A stretch of DNA of 64,000 bases from an uncultured Actinomycetota bacterium (GTDB taxonomy: Bacteria; Actinomycetota; Actinomycetes; JAHEKZ01): assembly GCA_963743915.1 (NCBI GenBank), contig CAVURN010000002.1, positions 416,001-480,000 of the forward strand, read 5' to 3'. Below the pieces are notes generated by a model. The model was not told the DNA's origin. It was given only the letters and a program-made list of their open reading frames with translations, and did not search any database. A program made the translations under genes and the position numbers. Within the stretch, counting starts at the first letter, position 1. Every line of letters begins with the position of its first letter. Of this stretch, positions 21,765-32,924 are shown piece after piece.

Positions 21765-23291
21765 GTCGCCGCTCCGCCCGTGGCAGTCAGGCGCTGCTGC
21801 CACGCCCGCCTGACCTCGTCACGGTCGTCGAAGGGCGTCACCACGGCCCCGATCTCCTGCCCGGTCTCGTGGCCCTTGCCGGCCACCAGCACGACGTCTC
21901 CCGGCTGGGCGTGGTCGACCGCCCAACCGATCGCGGCCCGACGGTCCGCGACCTCGTGCACCTCGGCGCGACGCCTGGGGTCGACGATCGCTGTGCCGTC
22001 GAGCACGGCCCGTCGGATGAGCTCAGGAGACTCGTTCCGCGGGTTGTCGTCGGTCACCACCACCACGTCGGCGTGCTCGGCGGCCGCCCGCCCCATCTCC
22101 GGGCGCTTGCCGGCGTCGCGGTCGCCGCCGCACCCGAAGACCACGATCACCCGCCCACCCTCGTGCGGTCTCACCGCGTCGAGTGCTCGGGCGAGGGCGT
22201 CAGCGGTGTGGGCGTAGTCGACGACGAGTGCGATGCCCTCGGTGGCGTCGCCGACGCGCTCCATCCGGCCGGGAACACCGTGGCACCGCTCGATGCCGGC
22301 GGCTGCACGTCCGGGGTCGACGCCGGCGACGATCAGCATGGCCTGCGCCAGTGCAGCGTTCGCCACGTTGAAACGCCCCATCAGGCGCACGCCTCCGCCG
22401 AAGTGGAGGCCGTCGGGCGAGGTGAGCCGGTAGCGGTGGCCGCCGTCCGTCGTCTTCACCACCTCGTCGACCTGCCAGTCGGCATCCGGACGCAGGCCCA
22501 ACGTCTGGGTGGCGGTGGAGGAGGTTGCCGCCATGCGGCGGCCCCCGTCATCGTCGACGGTGACGACCGCGTGCCGGCTGCGCGCCGGGGTGAAGAGGGT
22601 CGCCTTCGCTGCGAAGTACTCCTCGTCGGAGCCGTGGAAGTCGAGGTGGTCGCTGCCGAGCTGGGTGAATCCCGAGACGTCGAACGTGCAGCCGTCGACC
22701 CGACCCATGGCCAGTGCGTGGCTCGACACCTCCATCGCCACCGCGGTCACGCCTCGTTCGCGCATGACGGCGAGCAGTGCGTGCAGCTCGGACGCCTCCG
22801 GAGTCGTGCGCACGGTGGGAAAGGCCTCGCCGTCCACCAGGGTGGCGACGGTGCCGATCACCCCCGTGCGGTGTCCGGCGGCGCGCAGCCCCGCATCGAG
22901 CAGGAAGGTCGTCGTCGTCTTGCCGTTCGTGCCGGTGACACCGAGCATCAACAGGTCTTCGGCCGGTCGTCCGGTAGATCTCGGCGGCGAGCACACCCAC
23001 CTGTGCGCGCGGTGACTCGATCACGACGACGGGAAGCGCCTCGCCGACGATCGTCGCGCCGGCGGCATCCGTCACGACGGCAACCGCTCCGCGCTGCGCC
23101 GCTTCCCGCGCGAACGCTGCCCCGTGCACGCGCTGCCCAGGAAGCGCGGCGAAGACGTCGCCCGGCTGTGCATCGTTCGAGTCGACGGTGATGCCCGTCA
23201 CCTGCAGCTGGCCGAGCTCCGGCGCGTCCACACCGATCGCCTGGCAGGCGGCGCGCAGTGGTACCGGGACCAGCGTCGGGCGGGGTGTCAT
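21761..23291 (-). CDS. murE: MurE ligase (DAP-type DNPR motif); frameshift near 22970
   Basis: TGTNGKTTT, EVSSHA, DHLDFH, DYAHT, DDNPR, AGKGHE. Confidence 0.93.
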
Positions 23292-23293
23292 GG

Positions 23294-25048
23294 TCAGGGG
23301 CGGTACGTGAGGCGCATGGACGGAGCCTTGGACGGGGTGGGCGGCACCTGTCGCGTCTGCAGGGCGAACGACGTCACCCGCTTGAACACCGGGCCGCCGA
23401 GCTCGCCTCCGTAGTGCCCGTACTTCGGATCCTGCAGCGTCACGGAGACCACGACCGCCGGCCGGTCAGCCGGGGCGAAGCCGATGAAGGAGGCGGTGTA
23501 GCCGCGGTAGCAGCCGCACGCCTCGTCGACGCGCTCGGCCGTCCCGGTCTTGCCGGCCACGCGGTATCCCGGGATCTGCGCCATCGGGGCGGTCCCCTCG
23601 TCGGAGACGACACTCTCCATCATCTGCCGGAGCGTACGCGCAGTCTCCGGCGTCACGACCCGGTGGCGCTTCGGCGGCGGTGCCGGCTCGAACGTCCCGT
23701 CCGGTGCCGTGGTGCCGGCCACGACGGTCGGCTCGACCCGGACGCCGTTGTTGGCGATCGTGGCGAAGACCGATGTGGCCTGCACCGCGTTCAGCGACAG
23801 CCCCTGACCGAACGCGATCGTGGCGAAGTTGGTCGGCCCCCAGTCGGCGACGTCCGGCAGGATCCCTGCACTCTCGCCGGGCAGGTCGATCCCGCTGGTC
23901 TGGCCCATGCCGAACTTGCGCAGGTAGTCGTAGAGCGGTCGCTCGCCCAGCTTCTCGGCGATGAGCATGGTGCCGAGGTTGCTCGACTGGGCGAGCACGC
24001 CGGTCGCGGTGAGGTGCAGCGTCCCGTGCGGCGAGTGGTCGTGGAAGTCGTCACCGCCTCGGTACAGGATCGGCGGGACCTCCACCGGGGTCGTCGGCTT
24101 CACTGCTCCCGCGTCCAGCGCGGCGGCCATCGTCATGACCTTGCTGGTGCTGCCCGGTTCGTAGATCTCACTGATCGCCCGGTTCCCCCGGTCCGCATCC
24201 GGCGCCGAGGTGACGTCGCGGGGGTCGAACGACGGGTACGTCGCCAGGGCGATGACCTCGCCGGTGCGGGGGTCCATCACCACCACCGTGCCGCTGTCGG
24301 CAGCCGATTCGTTGACCTTGGCACGGATCGCCCGCTCGGCGATGAACTGCACGTCGCGGTCGATGGTCAGCTGGACGTCCAGTCCCGGCACCGACTCCTC
24401 GGTCTCGGTGTCCCCGGTCGGGATCTGCCGCCCACCGGCCCCGGCCTCGTAGGTGATGGTCCCGTCGCGTCCGGCGAGCTTGTCGTCCCAGCTGCTCTCC
24501 AGGCCGCCGAGCCCGTGCCCGTCGCTGCCGACGAACCCGAGCACCGCGGCGGCCAGCGACCCCTGCGGGTACACCCGCTTGGCGGTCGGTTCGCTGTAGA
24601 TGCCAGGCAGTCGCAGTGCGGCCACCTTGTCCCAGGTCCGTGGCGTCACCTCCCGGGCGACGTAGGCGAAGCGCAGGTCGCCGTCGAGCCGCTTCCTGAG
24701 TGTCTCCAACGGCTCGTCGAGCACCGGACCGAGCGCCGCTGCGACCGCGACCGGGTCGGAGATCTGGGTCTGGTCAGCGGTCACGTTGACCGCGTCGACG
24801 GTCGTGGCCAGCGCGATGCCGTGGGTGTCGGTGATCGTGCCCCGCGTCGCCGGGATGGTCGCGGTGCGGAGACGTTCGGCCTCTGCGGTCGCGGCATAGG
24901 CCGCCGCCTCGACGCCTTGCAGCTGCAGCAGACGGCCCGCGAACAGCGAGAGCACCATGGCCACGCCCAGGCCGACCGCCACCAGTCGGCGGCGCGGGTC
25001 GACGGGCGTACGGACGGACGGAGGCGGAGAGCGGCGCGCCTGGCTCAC
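23294..25048 (-). CDS. ftsI: FtsI / PBP3 transpeptidase
   Basis: N-terminal TM, RGTITD, EPGSTSK (SxxK), SSN, KTGT. Confidence 0.93.
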   Translation of the reverse strand: MSQARRSPPPSVRTPVDPRRRLVAVGLGVAMVLSLFAGRLLQLQGVEAAAYAATAEAERLRTATIPATRGTITDTHGIALATTVDAVNVTADQTQISDPVAVAAALGPVLDEPLETLRKRLDGDLRFAYVAREVTPRTWDKVAALRLPGIYSEPTAKRVYPQGSLAAAVLGFVGSDGHGLGGLESSWDDKLAGRDGTITYEAGAGGRQIPTGDTETEESVPGLDVQLTIDRDVQFIAERAIRAKVNESAADSGTVVVMDPRTGEVIALATYPSFDPRDVTSAPDADRGNRAISEIYEPGSTSKVMTMAAALDAGAVKPTTPVEVPPILYRGGDDFHDHSPHGTLHLTATGVLAQSSNLGTMLIAEKLGERPLYDYLRKFGMGQTSGIDLPGESAGILPDVADWGPTNFATIAFGQGLSLNAVQATSVFATIANNGVRVEPTVVAGTTAPDGTFEPAPPPKRHRVVTPETARTLRQMMESVVSDEGTAPMAQIPGYRVAGKTGTAERVDEACGCYRGYTASFIGFAPADRPAVVVSVTLQDPKYGHYGGELGGPVFKRVTSFALQTRQVPPTPSKAPSMRLTYRP

Positions 25049-25670
25049 TGCTCCGCTCCTCCCGCACCCTGCGTGTCGTCCGGCTGCTTCTGCTGGTTCT
25101 TCTCGCCCTGCTGGTCCTGCTGCTTCGTCTCGTCCGCTGGTTCTTCTGGTCCTGCTGGTTCTTCTGGTCCTGCTGCTTCGTCTCGTCCGCTGCTTCGTCG
25201 TCCTGCTGCTTCTTCTGGTCCTGCTGCTTCGCCTCGTCCTGCTCGGCGGGCGCCGGTTCCGATACAACCACGGGAGCCGGGGCGGAGGCCGGTACCGGCA
25301 CGCCGAGGACCTTGCCGTCGGAGGCGCGCAGGAAGGCAGGGTTCACCGACGGCACCATGCCGATGGCCGACGCGCGACGAGCCAGCCGCTGCGGAGCGGC
25401 GAGCTCGGCCACCTTCTGCTGCAGGGCCTGCTCACGGTCGGCGAGCTCGGCCACGCGCGCGTCGAGCGTGTGCAGCGTGAAGGACCCCTGGGCGAGCAGG
25501 GTGTTCAGCAGCAGGAGCGCCCCGAGGCCGAGGACGAGCAGCACGAGCACAGCACCCACGAAGGGAGCGCGCGCAGGCGGGGAAGTCTGCGAGGGGACCG
25601 CGCGTACGGGAGGCCGCGACGCCGGACGACGCCGGGGCGCGGGCGCCTGAGGCAGGGTCGCCGTGCTCAT
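25045..25670 (-). CDS. ftsL: FtsL-like protein with Q/K/D repeat tail; frameshift near 25140
   Basis: TM plus coiled coil, [10 protein letters not shown]; position between rsmH and ftsI; TGA at 25045 overlaps the ftsI GTG. Confidence 0.75.
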
Positions 25671-26609
25671 GCCGCCACCCGGAGCCGCTCAGCGGCCCGC
25701 ACCCGCACCGAGGCAGCCCGGGGATTCTCGGCCACCTCCTGCTCGGTCGGTCGTTCCGCGCCTCGGGTGAGGAGCCGCAGCTCCGGTCCGCGGCCGGCGA
25801 CCGGGAAGTCCACCGGGACGTCGTCGGCGAGGTGCTCGGACAGGGCGCGCTTGACGATGCGGTCCTCCAACGACTGGTAGGACATCACCACGATCCGGCC
25901 GTGGACGCGCGAGAGCGTCGATCGCCGCCGGCAGGGCCCGCCGCACGGCCCCGAGCTCGTCGTTGACCTCGATGCGAAGGGCCTGGAAGGTGCGCTTGGC
26001 CGGGTGCCCGCCGGTGCGCTGGGCGGGTGCCGGGATGGCTGCTCGCACCGCGTCCACCAGCTCCGCGCTGGAACGGAACGGTCGGCGCGCCTCGATCGCT
26101 CGGGCGATGCGCTTCGCGAACCGCTCCTCGCCGTAGTCGCGGAGCACCCGGGTCAGCTCGGCCACCGAGTAGGTGTTCACGACCTCCGCGGCCGTGAGCG
26201 GGGACGAGGGGTCCATCCGCATGTCGAGCGGCGCGTCGTACGAGTACGCGAAGCCGCGCTGCGCGTCGTCGAGCTGCAGCGAGGAGACGCCGAGGTCGAA
26301 GAGCACGCCGTGGACGTGCGGCAGACCCAGCTGCGCGAGAAGCTGCGGCAGCTCGTCGTAGACCGCGTGCAGGAACGTGGTGCGACCGGCGAACTCCGCC
26401 AGGCGCCCCGCAGCGATCTCGAGGGCGCGGGCGTCGCGGTCGATGCCGACGAGCTGAGCCTGCGGGCAGGCGTTCAGCAGCGCGCGGCTGTGGCCCCCCA
26501 GCCCGAGCGTGGCGTCGACCAGGATGGCACCCGGCAGGTCCAGTGCCGGGGCGAGCAGGGCGACCACCCGCTCGCTCATCACCGGCGTGTGCGTGGGTTC
26601 CTCGTTCAC
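25667..26609 (-). CDS. rsmH: 16S rRNA m4C1402 methyltransferase; frameshift near 25905
   Basis: [61 protein letters not shown]. Confidence 0.93.
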
Positions 26610-26815
26610 GACATCCACGACCCCGCCACGGTGATCGTGACCGCCATCACCGATGCCGTGAGCGTCAGAGCCAGGGGGACCGCGAGGGGCAGCGGGAGGC
26701 CGCCGGCGACGCGTACGGCCGCCACGGACCTCCGGAGCCGCAGCCGCAGCTGCGCAGCCGCGACCGCTGGTCGCGTGGACCAGCGGTGCGGGGCGGTGCC
26801 GATCGTGCCGCTCAT
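26606..26815 (-). CDS. Putative small membrane protein, 69 aa
   Basis: GAAGGG RBS 6 nt upstream; Arg-rich then hydrophobic segment; stop overlaps the rsmH GTG (GTGA). Confidence 0.5.
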   Translation of the reverse strand: MSGTIGTAPHRWSTRPAVAAAQLRLRLRRSVAAVRVAGGLPLPLAVPLALTLTASVMAVTITVAGSWMS

Positions 26816-26852
26816 GCTCGACCCTTCACGTGCGGCGGACAGGGGACAGACC

Positions 26853-26890
26853 TGGGAGCCAGGTGGGGAAAGGTGGGGTGGACGGTGGGG
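26853..26890 (+). promoter_or_regulatory. Second array of GTGG repeats (candidate MraZ sites)
   Basis: TGGGA/GTGGGG at 26853, 26863, 26873, 26885. Confidence 0.5.
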
Positions 26891-26981
26891 GTGCGGTCTG
26901 GTCTTCCTCCGCTCCTCTCCTCCCCTGGCGCCGGGGAAGGTGCGTCAGGAGGGGACGGAGCGGCGGAAGACCACACCGCAC
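26891..26981 (-). ncRNA. mraW RNA motif hairpin
   Basis: Long hairpin GTGCGGTGTGGTCTTCC...GGAAGACCAGACCGCAC with apical CUUCCCC loop, between mraZ and mraW/rsmH. Confidence 0.75.
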
Positions 26982-26982
26982 G

Positions 26983-27414
26983 TCACATCAGTCCGGGCAG
27001 CACCTCCTCGCTCAGCTCGGCGAACGCGCCCTCACTGGGTCCGAGGTACTCCGACCAGCGCTCGGCGTCCCAGATCTCGACCCGGGCGCCCGCGCCGATC
27101 ACGACGCACTCCTTGTGCAGCCCGGCGTACTCACGCAGCGGAGGGGGAACGGTGACCCGCCCCTGCCGGTCCGGCAGCTCGTCGGACGCGCCGGACAGGA
27201 GCACGCGGACGTAGTCGCGGGCCTTCTTGCTGGACAGGGGCGCGGCCTGCATCTGCCGCGCGTAGACGAAGAAGTCCTCGCGGGGGAACACGTAGAGGCA
27301 GCGCTCCTGGCCCTTGGTGATGACCAGGCCGCCTTGCAGGGGTTCGCGGTAACGAGCGGGCAGGAAGAGGCGTCCCTTGTCGTCGAGCTTGGGGTAGTGC
27401 GTGCCCAGGAACAC
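26983..27414 (-). CDS. mraZ: Transcriptional regulator MraZ
   Basis: FLGT, DDKGRL, DRQGRV, RVEIWD; 143 aa. Confidence 0.96.
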   Translation of the reverse strand: MFLGTHYPKLDDKGRLFLPARYREPLQGGLVITKGQERCLYVFPREDFFVYARQMQAAPLSSKKARDYVRVLLSGASDELPDRQGRVTVPPPLREYAGLHKECVVIGAGARVEIWDAERWSEYLGPSEGAFAELSEEVLPGLM

Positions 27415-27463
27415 CGCACCGACCTCCCTCGCTCCGCCACGGGCCCGCGCGCCCCTCGTTCAT

Positions 27464-27507
27464 CCACGGATCGCCACCATACTCCACTTTGCACCACCGT
27501 CAACCAC
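27464..27507 (-). promoter_or_regulatory. MraZ-binding direct repeats, 5 x GTGG at 10-bp period
   Basis: CCAC at 27464, 27474, 27484, 27494, 27504 just upstream of mraZ. Confidence 0.8.
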
Positions 27508-27670
27508 ATCGACCGGGCGCTGACGAAACTTGAGAGGTATTTCTGCAGGTCACCTCTGTGGAGCGAAGTGGAGGGGTTCCTCAGGACGACGCACTGTCGC
27601 CTCGGCTTTACGCTTGTCTCTCCGGGTGGAGGGCCAGGCAGGCCCAGAAGGAGGCCCAGAAGGAGGCAGC

Positions 27671-28672
<1,002 letters not shown>

Positions 28673-28673
28673 C

Positions 28674-29954
28674 GTGCGGGCGGCGCTGTCCGGACTGACA
28701 CCGCGCGGGCGTGCACTGCTCGCAGCGGGGGTGACGGCGTTCGTGCTCGCGGCCATGCTCGACCAGCAGGACATCATGCGCGTCGGCCTGCTCGCCGCGT
28801 CGCTGCCGCTCCTGTCGGCGGCCAGCGTGGCGCGCACCCGGTTCCGACTCGCGTCGACCCGTGAGCTGGAGCCGGGACGCACACCCGCGGGCGACTCGGC
28901 CACGGTGACGGTGACCCTCGAGAACGTCGCGCATCTGCCCACCGGTCTGCTGCTGGTCGAGGACAGCGTTCCCGCCGTGCTCGGGCCACGTCCTCGATTC
29001 GTGGTGGACCGGCTGGCCCCGCTCAGCTCGCGCTCGGTCTCGTACACCGTGCACGCGGACCGGCGCGGCCGCTACGCGATCGGGCCGCTGTCGGTGCGGC
29101 TGGCCGACCCCTTCGGCTTCTGTCGGCTCGACCGTGCGTTCAGCGGCCAGCGCCACCTGCTGGTCACACCCCGCGTCGAGCCGCTGCCGGGCGTCCCTCT
29201 CACCGGCGACTGGTCAGGAACCGGTGAGAGCCGCTCACGATCGATCGCCGCTGCCGGGGAAGACGACGTCGCCGTGCGCGACTACCGGCACGGTGACGAG
29301 CTGCGTCGCGTCCACTGGCGCGCGACCGCCAAGTCCGGGGTCTTGATGGTCCGCCGCGAGGAGCAGCCCTGGGAGAGCCGCGCGACCGTGCTGCTCGACG
29401 ACCGGGGGCCAGCTCACAGCCGAGAGGCCAATCCTTCGGGCAGCTTCGAGAGGGCCGTCAGCGCGACCGCCTCGGTGTCCCTGCACCTCTCCCACCGCGG
29501 CTACGCGGTCAGGCTCGTCGCCGAGGGGCGCGAGGTGTCCACGAGCAGTGCGGTCGACGGCGGCCTGAGCGGCGACCCTTCCGGTCTGCTGCTCGATGCG
29601 CTCGCCGTGGCCGAGCCGACCAGGTCCGGCGGCATCCACACCCTCACCGCTGCGGTGCGCCACGCGAGTGACGGACTTCTCGTGGTCGTCCTCGGCGCCC
29701 TCTCCGTCGACGAGGCCGACCAGCTGGCACGGGCCCGCCATGGCATGGGGACGACGGTTGCCGTCGCTCTCGACGTCGCCACCTGGGACGCCGACCCGTC
29801 ACGCCGGGTGGGAGCCGAGTCCGCGGCTGCCTGGAGCCTGCTGCGCGCTGCCGGCTGGGCGGTCGTGCCGCTGGCTCGCGACGACTCACTGGCCGACGTC
29901 TGGTCCCACGTCGCCTTCGGCGGTGCACTGCCCGTCACCGAGGTCCCCGCATGA
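28674..29954 (+). CDS. DUF58 domain protein
   Basis: RRGRY, DPFG, VRDYRHGDELRRVHWRATA, LMVRREE. Confidence 0.9.
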   Translation: MRAALSGLTPRGRALLAAGVTAFVLAAMLDQQDIMRVGLLAASLPLLSAASVARTRFRLASTRELEPGRTPAGDSATVTVTLENVAHLPTGLLLVEDSVPAVLGPRPRFVVDRLAPLSSRSVSYTVHADRRGRYAIGPLSVRLADPFGFCRLDRAFSGQRHLLVTPRVEPLPGVPLTGDWSGTGESRSRSIAAAGEDDVAVRDYRHGDELRRVHWRATAKSGVLMVRREEQPWESRATVLLDDRGPAHSREANPSGSFERAVSATASVSLHLSHRGYAVRLVAEGREVSTSSAVDGGLSGDPSGLLLDALAVAEPTRSGGIHTLTAAVRHASDGLLVVVLGALSVDEADQLARARHGMGTTVAVALDVATWDADPSRRVGAESAAAWSLLRAAGWAVVPLARDDSLADVWSHVAFGGALPVTEVPA

Positions 29955-32401
29955 ACCGGCCGACCGCGCTGATCGGTGCGCCAGGACCCACGCTCGCGTC
30001 GGTCGCGGCGGTGGCGCTGACCTCCTTGGCGCTCTCCCCCACCGTGGAGGGTGGCCCCTGGTACGGCGTCACGCTCGGTCTGATCCTGGTCATCGCCGGA
30101 ACCGGCAGCGCGCTGCGCGCGACGTCCTGGCCGGCGTGGTTGGTGGTCACCCTGCAGGCCCTCGTGGCGGTCGTCGCCCTGACCGTGGTGTTCGCCGGTG
30201 ACGTGGCGGGATGGGGTTTCGTGCCGGTTGCCGACGTCTGGCACACCTTTGCCGACCTCGCCGAGCAGGGGTTCGCGGTGATCGGGAAGGAGGCCGCGCC
30301 CGTCACGCTCACCGAGGGCGTCCGCTTCCTGCTGGTGAGCGGGGTGGTGCTCGTCGCGTGGGGCGTCGACTCGCTCGCCGTGACGCTGCGCCGGGCGACC
30401 TTGGCCGGCATCCCCCTGCTCGTCCTCTACCTCGTACCGGCCACCGTCCTGCCCGACGGTGTTCCCTGGCCGCTCTTCCTGGCTGCCGGGGTCGGCTGGC
30501 TGCTGCTGCTTCTCGCCGACGGCCGGCAGCAGCTGACCCGCTGGGGGCGGCCGGTGCGTGGCAGCGCCAGCCGCCTGCAGTCCGTCGGTGGCACCGGGCG
30601 CCGACTCGGCGCGGCCGCGCTCGCCATCGCGGTCGTCGTCCCCGTGGTGCTGCCCAGCCTCGACGAGGGGCGGTTCGGCGGCAACCCCACCGGCGAGGGA
30701 GGCGGAGCGGGCAGCGGCGAGGTCGCGGCGGGAACCCAACGGGTGATCACCGTCAACCCGATCGTCGACCTGAAGCGCAACCTCACCCGGGGTCGAGACG
30801 TGGAGGTGCTGCGGTACACCACCGACACCACCGCCCCCACCTACCTGCGCATCGCCACCCTCGACCAGTTCGACGGGACGTCGTGGACGCTGGAGGAGAT
30901 GCAGGCACCCCCCGAGCAGCAGGCCTCTCGGGGGCTCCCTTCGCCGCCTGGACTGGACACCGACACGGTCGCGAGCACTCCCGCGGAGTACACCATCGAG
31001 GTCGGCGACCTGGACACCCCGCGACTACCACTCCCCTACCCGGCGTCGTCGGTCGCGATCGACGGCGACTGGCGCTGGGACGCGGACACCTTCGACGTCT
31101 TCTCCGCCACCGAGGACTCCGCCCTCGGTCGCAGCTACACGGCGACCGCGCTGATCGTGACGCCGTCGGCCGACCAGCTGCGCGCGGCGGGGCCACCGGA
31201 CTCCTCGATGGAGGCCTGGACCCGGCTGCCGGGTCCGGTGAGCGAGCAGCTGAGCCCTCTGGCGCTGGAGGTCACCGCGGACGCGGTGTCGGACTACGAC
31301 CGCGCGCTCGAGCTGCAGAACTGGTTCCGGTCGGAGTTCGAGTACAGCCTCGACACTGCCGCCGGCAACGACACCGAGGCTCTCGCGCAGTTCCTGCAGG
31401 ACAAGAGCGGCTACTGCGAGCAGTTCGCCGCCAGCATGGCGCTGATGGCGCGCACGCTCGGGATCCCGGCACGCGTGCAGGTCGGCTTCACACCCGGGAC
31501 GGCGACCGAGGACGGCACCCGGGTCGTGACGTTGCACGACGCGCACGCGTGGCCCGAGCTCTGGTTCGAGGGGGTCGGGTGGGTCCGCTTCGAGCCGACC
31601 CCTGGCGGCGGCGACGGTGGCGGCGCACCGGCCTACGCGCCGCCGCCGGCCACCAACACGGGCACGAGTGGGGGACGTCCCGACAACGACGGCCAGGGCG
31701 TGGTCTGTCGTCGCGGTGGCTGCCAGGACCCCGGTCGCCCGGACGACCGGCGGGTGCCCGGTGCGGCCGAGCCGGACCGCTCGGTCGGACGCACCGGCGT
31801 GACGGACACCACCGCACCCGCCGAGGGTTCCTCGGGCGGCTGGTGGATCCTCGCGGTCGTGCTGCTGGCGGCCGTGGCGCTCTGCGCCCCCTACGCGGCG
31901 CGGCGCGTCGTGCGGGCCCGCCGTCGCCGCAGTGTCGTCGACGCACCGTCTGCCGTGGCGGCAGCGTGGGCCGATGTGCTCGACACCGCCACCGATGTCG
32001 ACCTGGAGCCAGCGCCGACCGAGACACCGCGCGACCTCGCGCGGCGGCTTCCGCGGCGTGGGGGGCTGATGCGCGGTCAGACCGAGCAGATGGAACGTCT
32101 GGCGTCGTGGGTCGAGCGCTCGCGCTACGGCGGGCACGCGGTGGCAGGTCTGCCGCCGGTCGAGGAGATCGACGCCATGGCACGTGCCATCGAGCAGGGG
32201 CTGATGTCGGCCCTCTCACCCCGTGACCGTCGCCGGGCCGTGGCGTGGCCACGTTCGGGACGGCAGGCGCTCACCGGCGGGTGGACGGCACTGGGTGAGG
32301 CTGTGGGACAGCTGAAGTCGCGCGTGGCGGAGAGTGTGCGGGGGCCGTTCAGCGGTCGCCGTCGCGGCGACGCTCCCAGCGCTCTTCGATCCGGCTCATG
32401 A
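29951..32401 (+). CDS. Membrane transglutaminase-like protein (DUF3488/TgpA)
   Basis: N-terminal TMs, GYCEQFA, GIPARVQVGF, DAHAWPE, GWVRFEPTP. Confidence 0.9.
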   Translation: MNRPTALIGAPGPTLASVAAVALTSLALSPTVEGGPWYGVTLGLILVIAGTGSALRATSWPAWLVVTLQALVAVVALTVVFAGDVAGWGFVPVADVWHTFADLAEQGFAVIGKEAAPVTLTEGVRFLLVSGVVLVAWGVDSLAVTLRRATLAGIPLLVLYLVPATVLPDGVPWPLFLAAGVGWLLLLLADGRQQLTRWGRPVRGSASRLQSVGGTGRRLGAAALAIAVVVPVVLPSLDEGRFGGNPTGEGGGAGSGEVAAGTQRVITVNPIVDLKRNLTRGRDVEVLRYTTDTTAPTYLRIATLDQFDGTSWTLEEMQAPPEQQASRGLPSPPGLDTDTVASTPAEYTIEVGDLDTPRLPLPYPASSVAIDGDWRWDADTFDVFSATEDSALGRSYTATALIVTPSADQLRAAGPPDSSMEAWTRLPGPVSEQLSPLALEVTADAVSDYDRALELQNWFRSEFEYSLDTAAGNDTEALAQFLQDKSGYCEQFAASMALMARTLGIPARVQVGFTPGTATEDGTRVVTLHDAHAWPELWFEGVGWVRFEPTPGGGDGGGAPAYAPPPATNTGTSGGRPDNDGQGVVCRRGGCQDPGRPDDRRVPGAAEPDRSVGRTGVTDTTAPAEGSSGGWWILAVVLLAAVALCAPYAARRVVRARRRRSVVDAPSAVAAAWADVLDTATDVDLEPAPTETPRDLARRLPRRGGLMRGQTEQMERLASWVERSRYGGHAVAGLPPVEEIDAMARAIEQGLMSALSPRDRRRAVAWPRSGRQALTGGWTALGEAVGQLKSRVAESVRGPFSGRRRGDAPSALRSGS

Positions 32402-32735
32402 AGCCCGCACGGGGCGAGGGGCTGCTTCCACCGGACGTGCGCTGAGCGGAGCCACCGGACGGCGTCGTGCCGCTCTGCCATCCCGCGCTGGCCCACCATC
32501 CGCCGGCGAGCATGACCAGGAACCCGACCACGCCGAGCGGCCAGAACTCGGCCGCGACGCCACCCACGAGCAGGGCGAGGCCCGTCACGAGCGCCAGACC
32601 ACCGATGATGACGCGCTGACGTGAGCGCAGGCTGCGACCGCTGCCGCGCAGCGTCGAAGCCAGCTTGGGGTCGTCGGCGTAGAGCTGACGCTCCATCTGC
32701 TCGAGCAGACGCTGCTCGTGCTCGGAGAGTGGCAT
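32349..32735 (-). CDS. DUF3040 domain membrane protein
   Basis: MPLSEHEQRLLEQMERQLYADDPK, two TMs, FMSRIEERW. Confidence 0.9.
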   Translation of the reverse strand: MPLSEHEQRLLEQMERQLYADDPKLASTLRGSGRSLRSRQRVIIGGLALVTGLALLVGGVAAEFWPLGVVGFLVMLAGGWWASAGWQSGTTPSGGSAQRTSGGSSPSPRAGFMSRIEERWERRRDGDR

Positions 32736-32924
32736 GGCCCCTCCTCGCGGTCGGTCGGGCGGTCGACGGGTCGTAGACCCGATCCCAGGATAGGTCCCGA
32801 TCGGCGGTGGCGAAACTCCGGACGGTCGATCGTGACCTTCTCGTCCAACATCGGCACCCCCGACCGACGACTGGAGACTGCTCTGACCGGCCTGCTCCGG
32901 GACCGGCTGCAGGGCGGCGAGAGG

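Noticed and set aside
13634-25480. Long + strand ORFs across the dcw cluster (e.g. 20558..23191, 23258..25480)
   Set aside because: Antisense shadows typical of high-GC DNA, with no motifs and Arg/Gly/Pro-rich composition.
27641-27667. Tandem GGCCCAGAAGGA duplication before moxR
   Set aside because: A two-copy duplication of the RBS region with no further support for function.
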